A DNA stretch of 61,153 nucleotides, filler included, from Porpidia crustulata (lineage: Eukaryota): NCBI GenBank assembly GCA_964255105.1. It is 5 parts of 5 records of this genome, joined end to end, with 100 filler letters (N's around TTAATTAATTAA, not from the genome) between each part and the next. Parts side by side here need not be neighbours in the genome. Positions count along the whole stretch, not along the records: positions 24,548 to 36,696 come from CAXUWE010000564.1; positions 36,797 to 48,931 come from CAXUWE010000565.1; 3 more parts are not named here. The stretch is one strand, 5' to 3'. This document shows, in pieces, positions 35,427 to 49,031 of the stretch (position 1 is its first letter; the number at the start of each line of letters is the position of its first letter). The position numbers were made by a program, and so were the translations under genes. Under the pieces are notes generated by a model. It ran no database searches. It saw nothing but the letters and a program-made list of their open reading frames with translations, and had not been told where the DNA came from.

Positions 35427-36313
35427 ATGGCAAATCCATCACAGCTCTATCTCTTAGCTGATCATATAAAACTCTCATTACTCGAACGACAACGAGCAAT
35501 ATCCCTGAACCTCGAGCCTAATTCCCAGGATGGCCATATTTCAAGATCCTTAGATTCGATGCGAGAAGGCATCGAAGCGCTAGAACAAGAACACAGACAG
35601 AAAGAAGAGAATGGCGACTCGTAAGACTATGTACAAGTAGGCCGGAAGACGAAATGCTGACGGTCAACAGTAACGCCTCAGCCGATCTCCGAGATCAAGC
35701 AGAACGTCTACGAGCGCAATTCGACGATCTGACCTCTCAATTCCGCGGCTTCCCCTCTAAATCGACCTCGTTACTCTCACAACCCAACAACACAGCCTTG
35801 TCGCCCGACTTCGCCCGCGCCAAAGACCCGCGACCACGGAACCCCTCCTCCTCATCCTTCCTCAAACGTTCCAATAATGAGTCCCCCAATCCATCCAAAT
35901 CCGTCCGCTTCACAGACGCTCCGTCGGACGCACAAGAAGAAGCGAACCGAGCAGCTCTGTTTCCTTACCGCGACGAGCCGGATGCAGGGCCGGATCATTC
36001 ATCACTAGATAATCAACAAATCCACGCTTACCATAAGAACGTCATTCAAGAGCAGGATCAGCAATTGGATCGGTTGGGCGACAGCATAGGCCGGCAGCGG
36101 GAGCTCAGCATACAGATCGGGGACGAGTTGGAGGGTCAGGTGCAGATGCTAGATGATGTAGAAGTGCACATGGATAGGCAAATATCAAAGATGGGAAAGG
36201 CACGGAAAAGGCTAGGGACCGTTGCCAGGAAGGCGAAGGATAATAAGCAGATTACGACCATTCTGGTACTGATAATTGTGCTGGTGTTGCTGATTATTAT
36301 ATTGAAGTCGTGA
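35427..36313 (+). CDS. SYN8: Qc-SNARE syntaxin-8-like; intron 35621-35670
   Basis: LADHIKLSLLERQRA N-terminus, SNARE motif EQDQQLDRLGDSIGRQRELSIQIGDELE, C-terminal TM. Confidence 0.9.
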
Positions 36314-36629
36314 CGGGTCGGGCTGTATAATTTTGCTTTGCATTATCTTGGGGTCTAATGGCGCGGAATGAAGGACGGCGCATGGCACTATTGGGGAATT
36401 CGTGGTGTTATCCAACCAACGTATTTGAGTGGAGTCAAGAACTACTCGTATTATAAATCCAATTTTCTCGGGAGTCTCTACAACACCCAGGAATTTTGAA
36501 AATCAGTATATTTTTAACAGAGACTAGTTAGAGAAACAATGTGCTATACATCGAGTGGCCTCTAGCCTTCCTCTCCTTCCCCGTGCCTCCAGCACTCATT
36601 CCCCCCTCATCTCCACGCACCATCCACGC

Positions 36630-36695
36630 TCACTTCCCCTCTTTATGCTGACTCTGCAAATGCTCCGACGTTTCCTTCTGCATCTTCGCCGTATC
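36630..36695 (-). CDS. Possible C-terminal fragment of a gene cut by the contig end (..DTAKMQKETSEHLQSQHKEGK*)
   Basis: Open frame from the contig edge to TGA with coding-like codons, convergent with SYN8. No family recognised. Confidence 0.3.
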   Translation of the reverse strand, partial: DTAKMQKETSEHLQSQHKEGK

Positions 36696-36696
36696 C

Positions 36697-36796
36697 NNNN
36701 NNNNNNNNNNNNNNNNNNNNNNNNNNNNNNNNNNNNNNNNTTAATTAATTAANNNNNNNNNNNNNNNNNNNNNNNNNNNNNNNNNNNNNNNNNNNN
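36697..36796. other. Artificial contig linker
   Basis: N44-TTAATTAATTAA-N44. Confidence 0.98.
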
Positions 36797-37320
36797 ACCC
36801 CAAACCCCCCCCGCATCTTCTCCTCGTTCATACCCTTCCTTTTCTTTCATTATGCTTCGGGTACAGAGAGGTTGGGGGTTCGGAATTGTGAGATCGTGAC
36901 GTACAGGGACAACCGTTAATCTGAATGCCTCTTTGCACAGTAAATATAGGGAACCTTTGGTGATCGCTTTCGCCGAAGAAAATGAGAGAAATCAGTATAT
37001 CTCCAAGTCGGGGGACTACTAGCTGATACCAGAGAATGACTTGCATCAAGTCCTTCCCGAGGACAGGCAACTAGTTTGCTTGAATGTATGTCAACATGGC
37101 GATCGAGTCACGGAAAGTGTGAGGTCTTACCTCGCAGCAGTTTTCGTGATTACAAAGAGGTTTTCACTCGTAGAATCCGGTAGATCTTCCCGAGAGTCCT
37201 CTGAGAGCTGATATATATTAATTTCTTCATTCCCCAGCAGATACCTTGAAAAGGAAAATCATGAAACTCTGTGTAAAAGGCACCAAAGACTCTTTTTTTC
37301 GTGAATGGAAATGATCCATA

Positions 37321-39272
37321 TTAAGCCAGGCATATTCCGAGTGGTTTCATCAATTCCAGAACCTTATCGCTATATCCCTTGTTCTTTGCTGTCGTCTTTC
37401 CCTTCTGCAGTGTGATGCGAAACGCAGGAAGTTCAACGCTATTTACGACCCCGTTGGCGTCCTGATGAAATATAACCTCCTCAAGGCTACGCCCTCCATA
37501 CATCAGAGAGTCGACATCGTCAAGCAAGCAGCTTTCGATGATAGTCCCTTGTCTCGAGTCTGGTGAAACGAACATGATCCTCCAGACTTCTCCAGACGCG
37601 CCTCTCCGAAAATTTGATGGGATTAGCTGCGCTTTCCCAGTCTTTTTCCCCTCGAACATTTTTCGGTAACGATGAAGGAAGTCGGTCCCGTTGGATACCC
37701 ACGAAGACACAACCAAGCCAAAGGTATCGTCTACCTCAAGTACCATCGACGAATTAATAGCTTGACTAGACGCAGCATGATATGTATCTGCGTATTTATG
37801 CTTTACCTGGTGTTTTGCTATGCTATCAACTCCTGGAATTAATTTCGACAATAATATTTCTTCCATCCATTTCAAAGCCGTGTCTTCACCAGCAACTAGC
37901 ACTGTGACGCCTATGTCATACTCGGGTATAAGGATGATCCGAGACACGTATCCACTCAAACCTCCCAACTTTGTAAACATATCGATTCTGCGATCACTGC
38001 CCGGAAGAAGTTTATACGGACGGAATACTTCCCATGGCATACCGTATGCGAAGTCTGCACTCGAAGAATACGAGTGCGGTTTCAACCATGCGTTTGTTCT
38101 CGAGGGATCCAGTAATTTATGACAAAGAATTGAGCGAATGAAGATTGACAAGTCCGATAAACTTGAGTACAAACCACCAGTACTAAAAATGATAGGGTAA
38201 GCAAGGTAATGAGCCAGGCACAAGTCAGGCAATGCCGTACGGATTATATGCTCCAAAATCATATCCCCAATCGTTCCTCATCATAGGTATTATACCATTG
38301 GAGTCTCTGGGCTTCTTGAGGGTTGAATCTTGCATAGCAAGTGACTTGAAGATCATGCTTTCGACAATATCCCCATAGGGCTTACCGGTAATGTTCTCGA
38401 GGACAATACCCAGCAATATAAAAGCCACATTGGAGTAAGTAGCTTTGTGATTCGGCAAGAATATGTGGGGCCTGCTCATGAAGCCCTGAAGGATCTCTGT
38501 AGCAATCAGTAAGACCTTTTTGCATTTGATCTTGGGATTACTTGATTTACCATTTCGAGAGCAGGACCTTCCTGATTGGCGGTTAATCCCGCATTCCGCG
38601 GTATCGTTGTCATGGATCGGAGGAAGTCCAATAAGTATTGGATCATCGAACCCCCAGTCCTGATCTGCTAACTCGTCTGTTAGATCTTGTACGCCATCTA
38701 CCTGGGTGTCAGCATCTGAAGCTCTCAGATTATTTCTGTACTGGCCACCTACAATCTCGCGGAATACCACTCAGTTGGCTTGCTAACGATTCGAGCGTGA
38801 TGGTCTCCCACATAAGGCCCTCTTCCGTTGTATTTCGCATCAATTCTGGAATATATTTTGTCACAGGATCTCTCAAGTTAAGATGGCCGGCTTTCTCTTC
38901 TAACAGCGTAGCCAGAACAGTAAACACTTTGCTTATACTAGCAATCCGAAAAGCCGTATTTGAAGTTACGGGACTCGGCTGGGAATCAGTGTAGTCGCCC
39001 AAAAGGGGCGCCGTATAGTATTTGCCCCATAAAGTCTTCTTTGAAGATGTAATTTCCACCGCGAACGAGGTCGTGGTTGAATTAAAGAAGGGGTTAGAAC
39101 CATGGAGGCCGGTGTTCAATTCCGCCTCGATATCTTTCAAATTCGAGATTAGTGCCTCATCATCTAGCTGTAGGATTGGCGCAGGATAGGGACGGCTAGG
39201 ATAAGAGCAATATGAGTAGACTCTGCTCAAAGTGAGAGCAAGATAAACCAAGTAGCTGAGCACTTGCTTCAT
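37321..39272 (-). CDS. Secreted beta-lactamase/transpeptidase-fold serine hydrolase; exons 39272-38753, 38697-38551, 38496-38241, 38182-37321
   Basis: Signal peptide, FRIASISK (SxxK), TYSN (YxN), FTKLGG; phase-consistent introns. Confidence 0.9.
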
Positions 39273-39744
39273 GATATACTCAGCAGTCCAGCTGCAGAAC
39301 CGTCATGATCAAGATTACTACAGCAACGATACAAGTAGGGTTGGGTATACTCTTATTTAGTAGAGAAAGCCTGTTTATCGAGATTGCGGCTAGAGTACCA
39401 TAAGCGCTCACGCGTCCTCGAAGGGTTTAGGGCTTCTTGTAACAGAGAAGCCGTTGCAATCAAGGATTGAGGAAAAGTACTCGTTTCTACAGCACACGTT
39501 CATCATATTAGGATATCTAGTATTTGCTGTGCTTGTACACAATTTCTGGATCGAGTGACCAGGCGTGCCAGGAGTTCGACGTTGGACTATGAAGAACAGA
39601 ATGATTTATAATATGTACACAAAGAATCCTCAACAAGCAGCGTCATTTAAACATATACATCTTGGATATGATGATATCGGGACTACAACCCGCAAGCGAT
39701 AACGCGAGGCCGTATCCTGTAGAGGGATCAAGGGTATCTTGAAT

Positions 39745-40988
39745 CTACTTCTTGCTATCCTTCCCTGTACTGTCTTCGTCTTTCTTTTGCGACTTCTTGC
39801 CATCATCCTCCTTGCCATGTTTCTCGTTCTCTTCTTCATGGTGCTCCTCTTTTTTGGGCTTAAATTTTCCGGCTTTGGCATCCTTTTCCTCTTGCTCCTT
39901 TGCTGCTGCTTCGCGCTTCTTCATCTTCCTCTCCTCAGTCTCGACCATATCTATAGAAGATCAGTAATTTAAGCAACCAAGGAAAATATAACATTCAGTC
40001 TTCGATAACAAACATACCTCTCCACATATCCTCACCAGCATACCGTTCGTGATGAATCTTTTTGTCGATTAAATGCTTATGCTCTGGATCATCCGGGTCC
40101 ATGACTTTTACAGTCTCCCATCTCCCTTCACCCTGACCTTTGTCTCCAATCTCAAACGCAGCTGTTGCCACCAAAACGGCGAGTGTGAGTCCTTGAGCGT
40201 AGACACGGGCCTGCACGAGCTTTTGTGAAGTGGAAAGATATGGACTTCGTCCGACAAGTCCCAGAGCAATCGCCATTGAAGCTACCCACGACGCACCGAC
40301 TATGGGGTATCGATTTTCTTTGCCCCATGCCATGAATTTTTCGTATCCCGATTTTCGTGACTCTATATCTATTCGTTGTCGTTCTGCTTCATCTTTGTAT
40401 TGTTCGTCGGGATGACGGGAAGCTTCATATGCACGTGAGTATTTGTCGGCAGAGACAATAGCTAGGAATAATTATCGTCAGCCAAAGTCTCATCTGATCG
40501 CTGACTTTATATTTTCGCTTCCGATACGGTCTGAAATGTGCACCACTTCGTCCCAATAGAAGATGCCTCGAAAGCCTGCACTCAGCGAGCATGCCTCGTG
40601 GACTACTCGTGGCTCTCTAACATAAACCACCGGTTGCGCCCAAGTTCAATGCAGCAACAAACCCATACCATAGCTTCGAGGCATAAGACCTTTGCAAGCC
40701 TTGGAATAACGACTGAAAATATAGCTGAGGAGTATCCATACCAGCAAATGTCCCAGAAGACGTGATGAGAAAGGCTCTTAGAGGTACTGTTAACTGTCGG
40801 AAGGCGGGGTATCGTATTGTCGCGCCGTAGACACCCAAAGCACCGATAGTAATACCAGCGAGACCACCGCCAATACCACCTTTCAGAGTAGCACTGTACC
40901 TGTCAGTGAAGTGTACAGCAAATAGTCCATGTGCCATGAAATCTTACTTGTAGTGGTCTTCCTCTTCTTCCTTGGTAAGGATTTTCAT
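39745..40988 (-). CDS. RCF2: HIG1-domain respiratory supercomplex factor Rcf2; exons 40988-40948, 40893-40742, 40461-40018, 39950-39745
   Basis: MKILTKEEEEDHY..., ENRYPIVGASWVASM, QKLVQARVYAQGLT (HIG1 motif). Confidence 0.92.
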
Positions 40989-41372
40989 CGTGGCCGCAAC
41001 ACCCAGCAATCCTGGGGGAAACGAGGATGGATATCACTCAACGGCGTCGGGATGTAGCGATACCAATCAAAGAGATTATTACAATTGCAGCGACGGCTGC
41101 AAACACGGCCGCAGATAAGTTACTGCTTGCGCAATTGAAAATTGAAGGCACAACGCCATGGTTCGGGAGCTTGAAAAGACAACTTAAACTCTGCATGTGA
41201 CGTCAATCTCCCAACATGACCGAAATTAGGCAGAGGACAAATGGAATACCAACCACCAAACAGTCACCAAATTCCAAACCGATAAATAATTTTTGTAGCC
41301 TATTAACACATCTACTCACATTCTTTCAGAGGTGCAGTTTAGTGTGAATAAATTCTATTCGTCTATTTATGC

Positions 41373-43478
41373 TCACTTCTTCTTTCCCTTTGTCTTATTA
41401 ACCACCTCAATCCATTGCCTGTGGATTCCCCGCCTTTCCAACGCTTTGATAACGATATCCTTTTGCGGGCCCTGGACCATGATCTCCTGCACTGGGTTCT
41501 TCGGACTACTTCCGACCAGTTGATTGATGCTTGTAGAACTTGCACAAGCCTTTTGTAGGTCATTCGCCAGCGGTTGCGGGTTGACATGATAAATCTCTAC
41601 ACCCGAGACCTTAGTGACGGTCTTGTTGCCTGACCGGGTCTCAAGGACTATTTGTATCTTAGGGGCGTTTCCTGATTTAAGTTTGGCGCTTTCCCTCGTC
41701 TCATCGTTCCTTGTAATCGCCCAGAATGGGGAGCAGGTCTCCAAAATTCGATCGATCAAAGCGTCTCGTGGTACTGTTCCTTTTGCAAGAATTTCTCGAT
41801 CCAAAGACGATTTCCCATCAAAGACCGCATTAGCAAGGATGGGGTCCAGATTTACCAAGCGTTTATTTGTGTCCGAAACTAGTCCCTCGGATTCAATGTA
41901 TGATGTAATGATTGGACGCAATTCTTGCGGGAGATATAGTGCCTTGACACTTGCATTGGATGCTTCGAAGATGGGTGAGAGCTGCTCCTTCGCACGGTAA
42001 AGATTCATGATGTTGAGTCGCTGTCCTAAAGAGTCGTCGCCAAGCGTATTGGCGGCCATCATGACTTTGCTTCCACCTGTATCTGCACTGGAATCATGTG
42101 TCTTTGCTAATTTGTATGGGACGAAGTTTATGATCGCTGGATCATCAAAATTGATATCTAGAATAACTGTTTCCCCTCCATCTCGATCTTTCGACTTGAG
42201 TAATTTTTCTTTATCAAGAGCTTTGATGAACTTTCTGGCGTTTTTCCAGCTGGTCCTCTTGATGTTCAGCGACGCGGCTTGAGTCGGTGGCAAATCCGGC
42301 AAGTATGAGAGCACAAAGTTAGAGATGATAAGGGACTGATAGATTGGAAATTTGATGCCGTGATGGATATCCAGTCTGTTCTTATTCCGATGTTGATGCA
42401 TAGCATATAGAAAAGCGTTCCAGAATGCTTCATCGATTTCTACATGACTTGATGAGCGACTTGATGCATAATATATTGATGATGACAAGACTACCTTTCG
42501 TAGACAAGTCCCTATCATTGATAGATACCTCTTCATAAGGACGGCCTTCCTCGCCAGCGACAAGCCCGTTATAATGGCCTTTTGTGGGCTGTTGGTTTGC
42601 ATCACTAGTAAGCAATACGCCACCTTCTCCGTCATCCTCAGGACTCTCAAGAGAAAGGTTGTCCACTCCCTGGTTTAGCTGCTCAGCAGTTTTCGCGTCC
42701 CATCCATCGATGTGGTCTGGTGCAACCCCGCCTGACTTGCCCCCATGACTCCAGGCCCAGATTTCATCGCCATCCCAGTGGTCACCACGGACGGCATGCC
42801 CCTTTATGCCTTGTACCTGCTGCAAAGCTGCGACGTCAATGATACATACACCAACTACCATAGGCACACTTGGCTTCTCCAGACTGGCAATAGCTACGAT
42901 ACTACCCTTTGTGGCTTTTAATGGAAACGGAGGCCCACGTGCCAGACCAGGGATCATTAAATCCGCTCCGCCACGTAGCTTTTGCAGAACATAGTCCGGA
43001 GTATGCAGCAAAGGGACAAGTCGTGGGTGCTTCCACAAGGTGTAGACTAATGGCAGGAATCAAATCTGCACCAGTAGCACCTCTCCACAGAACCCACCTG
43101 TCGGAACAATTCTATCTTCAATTTTGAGCCATAACACTCGCTGCTCTTCTCCTGGATGAGCGCCAACATACATCGTCCCTGACACCGGACTCAAGTTCGG
43201 TCCAGCTGTTGTTGTAAACCTCGCCGACAGACAATTGTCTGGAAGTAGAGCATTACGGGTCGCCCCAAGACTAAGAGGTGCCGCGTCCTGTGGTTTGTCC
43301 TCGTTTTCGTCAATCTCCTTATCAATCACCTCAATGTCGAAATTCGTGATGATCTGATCAGCAAATTTACGGCGATCTGATGAGCGAAGCGGCGAAAGTG
43401 GTTTGATCTTGCGAAGTGTGAGTAGTCAAAGCAGCGATATGAATGGATTTGACGGACATTGGGCTTCTTTTTGAACAT
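41373..43478 (-). CDS. TMA64: eIF2D/ligatin (PUA-SWIB-SUI1); exons 43478-43458, 43407-43098, 43046-42495, 42439-41373
   Basis: MFKKKPNIKPLSPLRSSDRRK, PTVYTLW, GGADLMIPG (PUA), RSGNKTVTKVSG...EIMVQG (SUI1). Confidence 0.92.
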
Positions 43479-43964
43479 TTTACAGCGTAAAGCTTTTCCC
43501 GAGCGATCACAGATGTTGAGATTGATTGCTCGAACAAACTATGAAATTCAAGGTTGCAGAACAACTAGCCCATGAACACCGAAGAGAATTGAAGAGTAAC
43601 AAGCCCGATGAGCTCTCATGGATTTCTGAAAGGCTATTAATCTAGGATTTGTGATGCTATGGACTCTAGGATACCATGAAGTGCATGCAACCACTGCTGC
43701 CCAATTAGGTGTTGAATGGTGCCGAGACAGGTGCGTTAAACTGCAGATAGCGCTTACCATCTACGGCTTAAAACATATCTTCAGTCACGGATCTCACCCA
43801 TAAGGTAATTACCAGTGTGCCCAGTCTAAGTCCGTTCTTACATTAGAACAACCTACTCCGAAGCCCGCAAGCCATACACACCCCGGTGATTCTACGCCTT
43901 TCGCGTCACATGCATTCTTTGCTTTCTAGACAAATTCCTTAGTTTCATATCACCCTGCTGCATC

Positions 43965-46780
43965 ATGAGTGCGGCCGCCTCTCCACAGCGTATTGGGAAA
44001 GAAAATCATCGACCTTCGAACAGTGGTAGACATCCCACAGCTCCCTCGGTCATGACGGTCAACGGACACTTTGCACATGTTGGGGGGGAACCCACCAAAG
44101 AGCAGTACGAACATGGGATCCAGGTTATAAATGAGGATCAAGAATTTAAGTACGCATATGCAGCATTTGGTCAAAGGCAGCGCTGATGGCTCTATGTCTT
44201 CCCTAGTGCTGGTCTACCAAATTATCTATCTTTCGAGAAGGTTGGCCATGTCGGCTTTAAGTACCACCTTATTTCAGTCTTTGGCTCGCAGTCAACAGGA
44301 AAATCTACACTGCTCAACCACTTGTTCGGAACGGAATTTGGTGTCATGTCCGAGACAGAGCGAAAACAGACCACTAAGGGGATATGGATGTCGAGAAATA
44401 AGAAAGATCATTCCGAAGGCTTGACGAAGAGAATGGCAGATAACATCTTGATCATGGATGTGGAGGGTACGGACGGCCGGGAAAGGGGAGAAGATCAGGA
44501 TTTTGAGAGGAAAAGCGCCCTTTTCGCTCTGGCGACAAGCGAAGTTTTGATAGTAAATATCTGGGAGCATCAGGTTGGACTCTATCAAGGCGCAAACATG
44601 GGCCTTCTAAAAGTGGTGTTTGAAGTTAATCTGGAGCTGTTTCTGAAAGATAAAAAGTAGGAATGGTACTATAAGATTTTTGACATCCTTACTAACCAGT
44701 ACAGGTCAAACACTCGGTCACTTCTATTCTTCGTCATCCGTGATCATCTAGGAACCACGCCTTTGGAAAATCTACGCAACACACTCATACAAGATCTTAC
44801 CCGCATATGGTCTGGGCTATCGAAGCCTCCTGGTATGGAGAAATCCAAGATTGAGGATTACTTCGATTTTGCCTTTGCAGCCTTACCACATAAGATATTA
44901 CAACCTGAGAAATTCGTATCAGAAGTAGCGAAATTAGGCACAAGATTCAGAGAAGGCCACAGAGATCCGAGAAGAGATCCGTTGAAGGGCAATCAGGAGC
45001 TTGATGGAGGAGTATTCTTCCCGGAATATCACCGTCGGATACCTGTGGATGGCTTTTCTATCTATGCCGAGGGCGTTTGGGAGGCAATTGTGAACAATAA
45101 AGATCTGGATCTCCCAACACAACAAGAGTTGATGGCGCAATTTCGGTGCGACGAGATCTCACGCGAAGTACTAGTCGCTTTTGACGAAACTATCACACCG
45201 TTTGAGAATAAGCAAGCCGAAGGAATTCGCCGTGGCGCACCGGAAGTTCTTGGAGGCCTGGGAGCGGCCATGCGTACCATGCGGATGAAGACAGTCAAGA
45301 ACTTCGAGGTCGAAGCATGCAGATACCACAGAGGTGTTTTTGCCCGCAAAAAGTCCGAGCTTGAGAGTAAGATAGATGGACGATTGAAAGCGCTCTTCCT
45401 TGGACAGCTTTCAGCAGCCCACAAATCAGGTATAAGCGATTTCAGTGAAGCAGTGAGTACCGCTGTCAAAGCTGGGCAGAAAAAGGGCGCCAGCTACGAT
45501 TTCGCTGAGATCGTCGAGCGTGAGAAAAAAGCCGCTCTGACACGATACGAAAAGGAGGCCAAAGGTGTAGTGGTCGAAGGAGCACCTTGGAGTAATTATA
45601 AGCAAGAAATGTTGCTATTCCACAAGGACCTGGCAGAGGTCAGCGGCAGATTACGGCGAGAAGAGATGCGGCGGCTAGCAACGCGAGTAGAACGGTGGGT
45701 ACGATCACGTCTAGGAGAATCCGTGGGCGTCGAATTTAATGCCCTTGGATCAGGCCGAGGAGGTTCAGGAGCGCCTGAGATGGGCGAGAAGCCTAAAGAG
45801 AAAGGGATATGGGATCGGATATGGAGCGTATTTGTCAAGACCGTTCAGGAGGCGGAGCGGAGGTTCACCGACCGGGCAAGAAGCTTTGACGCCAGTACCG
45901 ATGAAGTAGACGTGGGTCTGTGGAGGTTACGTCGAAAGTCTTGGGTCGTTCTCCGAGCGAAGATTGAGGAAGAAATGATGGAGGGCAATCTTCTGCTCAA
46001 GCTCCGTGAAAACTTTGAAGACAAATTTCGGTACGACGAAGCAGGTGTTCCAAGGATATGGCGACCAACGGATGATATTGAAGGGATATATACCAAGGCT
46101 CGGGAGTCAACCTTGACGTTGATACCATTGCTCTCTCGATTCCAATCATCTCATACATCATCGCCTCCACCTTTAGATGATTGGATCGGAAATGCGCCAC
46201 CATCGGTGATACCCGCGGATGAAGAAGATCTTGCACCTATTGGTGGAGTTGATGAAGAGGAAGGTAAAAGCCTAGAAGAAGAAATGACAATCCTGAGCGA
46301 TGGAAAGAAACAAGATATCACGGTGCGCTTCAAGAAAACGGCTGATGGTGTATACGTTGAGGCCAAGAGAAGTGCTATTGGAGGTATGACTCAGGTGCCG
46401 CTGTATTTCTACATAATACTTCTAGCTCTCGGATGGAACGAGATTGTTGCAGGTGAGTTCATCGTGGCACGTTCCGTCGTAGACTTCCGTTCTAACATCT
46501 CCCAGTACTCCGAAACCCTATGTATTTCTTTTTTTTGATAATAGTTGGCGTCGGCGCCTACGTGACATATACGCTCAATCTTTGGGGCCCAATATATCAG
46601 ATGACAAACGCGGCATCACAGCAAGCCCTAGAAGAAGGCAAGAAACGCCTTCGAGAATTTCTGGAAGCGTCAGATACGGGACGGCAAGCTATGGCGATGT
46701 CTGGGCAAGACGACATACAGTTGAGGAAGCTCAATGGAAATGGCAAAATAGCTCCTGTCGAAGAGGATGACGATATCTGA
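43965..46780 (+). CDS. SEY1: ER-fusion dynamin-like GTPase Sey1/RHD3; exons 43965(or 44052)-44149, 44207-44656, 44705-46452, 46506-46780
   Basis: [50 protein letters not shown], two C-terminal TMs. Confidence 0.96.
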
Positions 46781-47284
46781 GTGCGATCAGCATACTGCTC
46801 CGGAGTTGGATAGCGACTCATTGCGTGGATTTGTCATATCCTATCTGATTTCCGGTTGTGCGAATGTCATGCTAGAGACTTTCACGCCAACTTTTGTAGA
46901 CGCATTAAATCAATACATATATTTCTCTTGGTGGCTTGGCTTCTAAGTATATTTTCAGGAGACTGCTGACGGACCAGATCCAGGCGCAAGCGGTGCCTCG
47001 GGTGAAGTTAGTAAGGCTGAAAAGATACCTCGGCAAAGTATAGCTGACCTACTTATCTTCCCAACAAATCATGGATATCTTCCGGTACATGGCCTTCTAG
47101 GTCCAATTCGATTACGTCCGTAATGATGCTGACTGCCATGCTTATCACATATGAGCAAACCTGGGGTCTCTCCAGCCCGTCCTCATCTTCGGCACTGACA
47201 CCTACAAATACCTAGTGGATGTGCTCCTAGTACGATTGATAGACTGGAATACGCTCGACTATTCCACCAAATTTATCATTGGCT

Positions 47285-48385
47285 ATGGCGTTGCAACCTA
47301 TACTGGCACTTATCCGCGAGTACCTGGGTCTCTCGACCCCTGGAGGTATATGGAGACTTCTTGCCGTTGTCTTTGCCCTTCTCAATTTGAAGAATCTACC
47401 GTTTGCCTGGCATGTGAGGGAACCCTGATGGACAGCCTAGTTGTAGCGTGATACTGATTGTATGCAGGTCCGACTTCTAAATGCCATGTTTACCCAAGTC
47501 TTCGCCGACCGTCGCCAACCAGTATCAAAAATTGGACCGGCCGCCCTCTTCCAACCCATGATCACCTCCTCATACAACCCACCCCTCGACTGCGATTACA
47601 ACCTCCATAAGTCAAACAGCACCTACTTTGCTGATTTTGATGTAGCTCGCCTTAATGGGGTTGCTCGATTGTGTGGTAAAGGGATGGCCAAGACAAAAGC
47701 GGACATGGCCAAGGAGGGTGGAGGGAGTGTAGCCATCATGCTAGGTGGTGTGAGCTGCAACTTTAAACAGGAGATAAAGCCGTTTGAGGGCTTCGAGATT
47801 TGGACACGAATACTGTCTTGGGATCGGAAATGGATCTACGTTATATGCCATTTTGTCAAGAAGGGTGCGGTTCTGCCCAAGGCCTATACGCTTCAGCCCT
47901 GGAAGGAGGTCAGGGCTCAGCAGGGAGCAAAGAGTACAGATGAAAACACCAAAAATGGTTTAGATGGGGGCACGCCGAAAGCGGCACATGCTGCCATCTT
48001 TGCGTCCAGCATTGCGAAATACGTTTTCAAGAAAGGCCGTCTCACGATACCGCCTGAGAGAATATTGCAGAACTCGGGACTACTGCCACCCAAACCCTCC
48101 AATACCGACTCGGTGTCAGGAAGCTCCTCCCCACCATCTGACGAAGCATCAGGGGTCCTTGTACCCGAATCGATCCAAGATATGGCATTAGGCAAAGCTG
48201 AAGACTTGATGGATTCGTCGCTCACACCTAGCACTACGGATGTAACTTGGTCCTGGGAACAAGTAGAGCAAGAACGTGTCCGAGGCATGAAGATTGCAGA
48301 CTGTTTCAATGGCACCGAGGCACTGAATGACGAGTTCACGGCGGAGAAGACAGCAGTTCTGGGGAGATACGGAGATTGGTACTAA
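47285..48385 (+). CDS. Hot-dog-fold thioesterase-like protein (THEM6/YBR096W-like); intron 47414-47467
   Basis: NLKNLPFAWH|VR, DCDYNLHKSNSTYFADFD, WTRILSWDRKWIY, SKYVFK-like motif. Confidence 0.82.
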
Positions 48386-48931
48386 TATAAAATAGACGTG
48401 CAGTACACCGGTCCCATGCTCATCATACAGCAAATCATAGACTTAGACTAGAATGGTGCATGTTATTGGGTCTGCGACTGCGAACTAACAGGTAACAAGT
48501 GCCTTAGTAAAGACTTTCCGGGGAGATTCAGGACAGGGACTCCAAATTCAAATCGTCTTGTATGATTTGCGCTGCATGCCAGCAATAGTTGAAAGTCAAA
48601 GATCCCAGCAGATATGAGAGAATATATCTTGCAACCAATATAATCGTAGTGTTAGCAAGAAGTTTATTCGGGCATCACGACACAAGACCGCATGATCAGG
48701 TCATACCTTACCAAGCGCGTGCGACGACGACGAGCCGGTATTAGCAGCAGTGGGGGACAAACTGAAGCAGGAATTTCTGTAGAGCCGTACTCGGCCATAG
48801 CAGTAAGATTCGCACGCAGCTTCCCATCGAGTATGCAAGTCACTACACTAGTTATGGAAATTCCACAACAGGATCTCCGAATATCGCATTGTCCAATATG
48901 GAAATGGAATCTTATCTTGGCCCCTTTGGCC

Positions 48932-49031
48932 NNNNNNNNNNNNNNNNNNNNNNNNNNNNNNNNNNNNNNNNNNNNTTAATTAATTAANNNNNNNNNNNNN
49001 NNNNNNNNNNNNNNNNNNNNNNNNNNNNNNN
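48932..49031. other. Artificial contig linker
   Basis: N44-TTAATTAATTAA-N44. Confidence 0.98.

Noticed and set aside
37321..39272. Horizontally acquired antibiotic-resistance beta-lactamase
   Set aside because: Three spliceosomal introns and a fungal signal peptide; belongs to a common fungal serine hydrolase family.
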